From an uncultured delta proteobacterium (GTDB lineage: Bacteria > Myxococcota_A > Polyangia > Polyangiales > Polyangiaceae), in NCBI GenBank assembly GCA_963696385.1, contig CAVOKF010000004.1:288001-352000 (forward strand): a DNA stretch of 64,000 bases. Direction: 5' to 3'. A model generated the notes under the pieces. It worked only from the letters and a program-made list of their open reading frames with translations, was not told where the DNA came from and made no database searches. This document shows positions 63,530-64,000 of this stretch, one piece after another (position 1 is the stretch's first letter; each line of letters begins with the position of its first letter). The translations under genes were made by a program, and so were the position numbers.

Positions 63530-64000
63530 TCAGGAAGTTGGGATCGTCTTGCGCCACACCTCCAGTTCCTGAATCCACCCAAACCACTTCTGAATGTTCG
63601 CGAAGTCCCTGACCGGGATTTGGCCGGGCCCTGTGTACATGAGCGGCGCCGCGACGGCCAGGTCCGCGAGGGTCAACGTCGTCCCACACAGATAGTTCCG
63701 CTCGGCCAGGTGGTCATCGAGCACCTTGCCGAAGCGGACGACTTCGCGTTCACCCAGCGCCACGATGCTCGGGTCAGGTTCACCTTCGCCTCGCATTCGT
63801 TTGATCACGTGCTGCTGGACCAGCAGCGCGATGTTGGTGCTCCAGTGCGCGGCCGACCAGAAGAGCCATCGATTGACGTCGGCTCGTGCAAACCGATCCG
63901 TCGGGTAAAGCGCGTCGGCCGGCGCTTGGTCAGCCAGGTACTGCATGATGGCGTGCGACTCCCACAACACGCGATCGCCATCCACCAAGGTCGGGACCTT
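63530..64000 (-). CDS. Glutathione S-transferase (5' end outside the window)
   Basis: KVPTLVDGDRVLWESHAIMQYLA, YLCGTTLTLADL. Confidence 0.92.
   Translation of the reverse strand, partial: KVPTLVDGDRVLWESHAIMQYLADQAPADALYPTDRFARADVNRWLFWSAAHWSTNIALLVQQHVIKRMRGEGEPDPSIVALGEREVVRFGKVLDDHLAERNYLCGTTLTLADLAVAAPLMYTGPGQIPVRDFANIQKWFGWIQELEVWRKTIPTS

Overview
GC-rich chromosomal window that reads like a myxobacterium (Polyangiaceae/Sorangiineae-like). This is inferred from gene content: Ser/Thr kinase-PEGA operon, TIGR02266-type PilZ, TonB-fused receptor and Cys-rich 'DAG'-linker lipoproteins. It holds about 47 genes, mostly housekeeping or typically myxobacterial: KamA-family radical SAM, acyl-CoA carboxylase beta, tsaD, cyclophilin, RNase J, RNase E/G, Fe/Mn SOD, ABC pair, GH8, BcrAD-type activator pair with TetR, HIT and GST. 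An SRP RNA (ffs), which an ORF track cannot show, lies at 39704-39781 (-). I saw no CRISPR array, tRNA, rRNA, integrase or transposase. The most unusual signal is a structured palindromic repeat family in two tandem arrays (108 bp x ~3.4 at 10.05-10.43 kb; 155 bp x 4+ at 17.44-18.10 kb). Both arrays sit at gene 3' ends in the sense orientation, and some differences between them preserve base pairing. The second array has duplicated its host gene's end and lies inside a co-oriented run: 3'-5' exonuclease, array, Dam-type MTase, SNF2 helicase, Zn-finger protein. Three genes carry single-base frameshifts (about 18464, 47190, 59553), which may be assembly errors. All calls come from reading motifs by eye; no database search was run.
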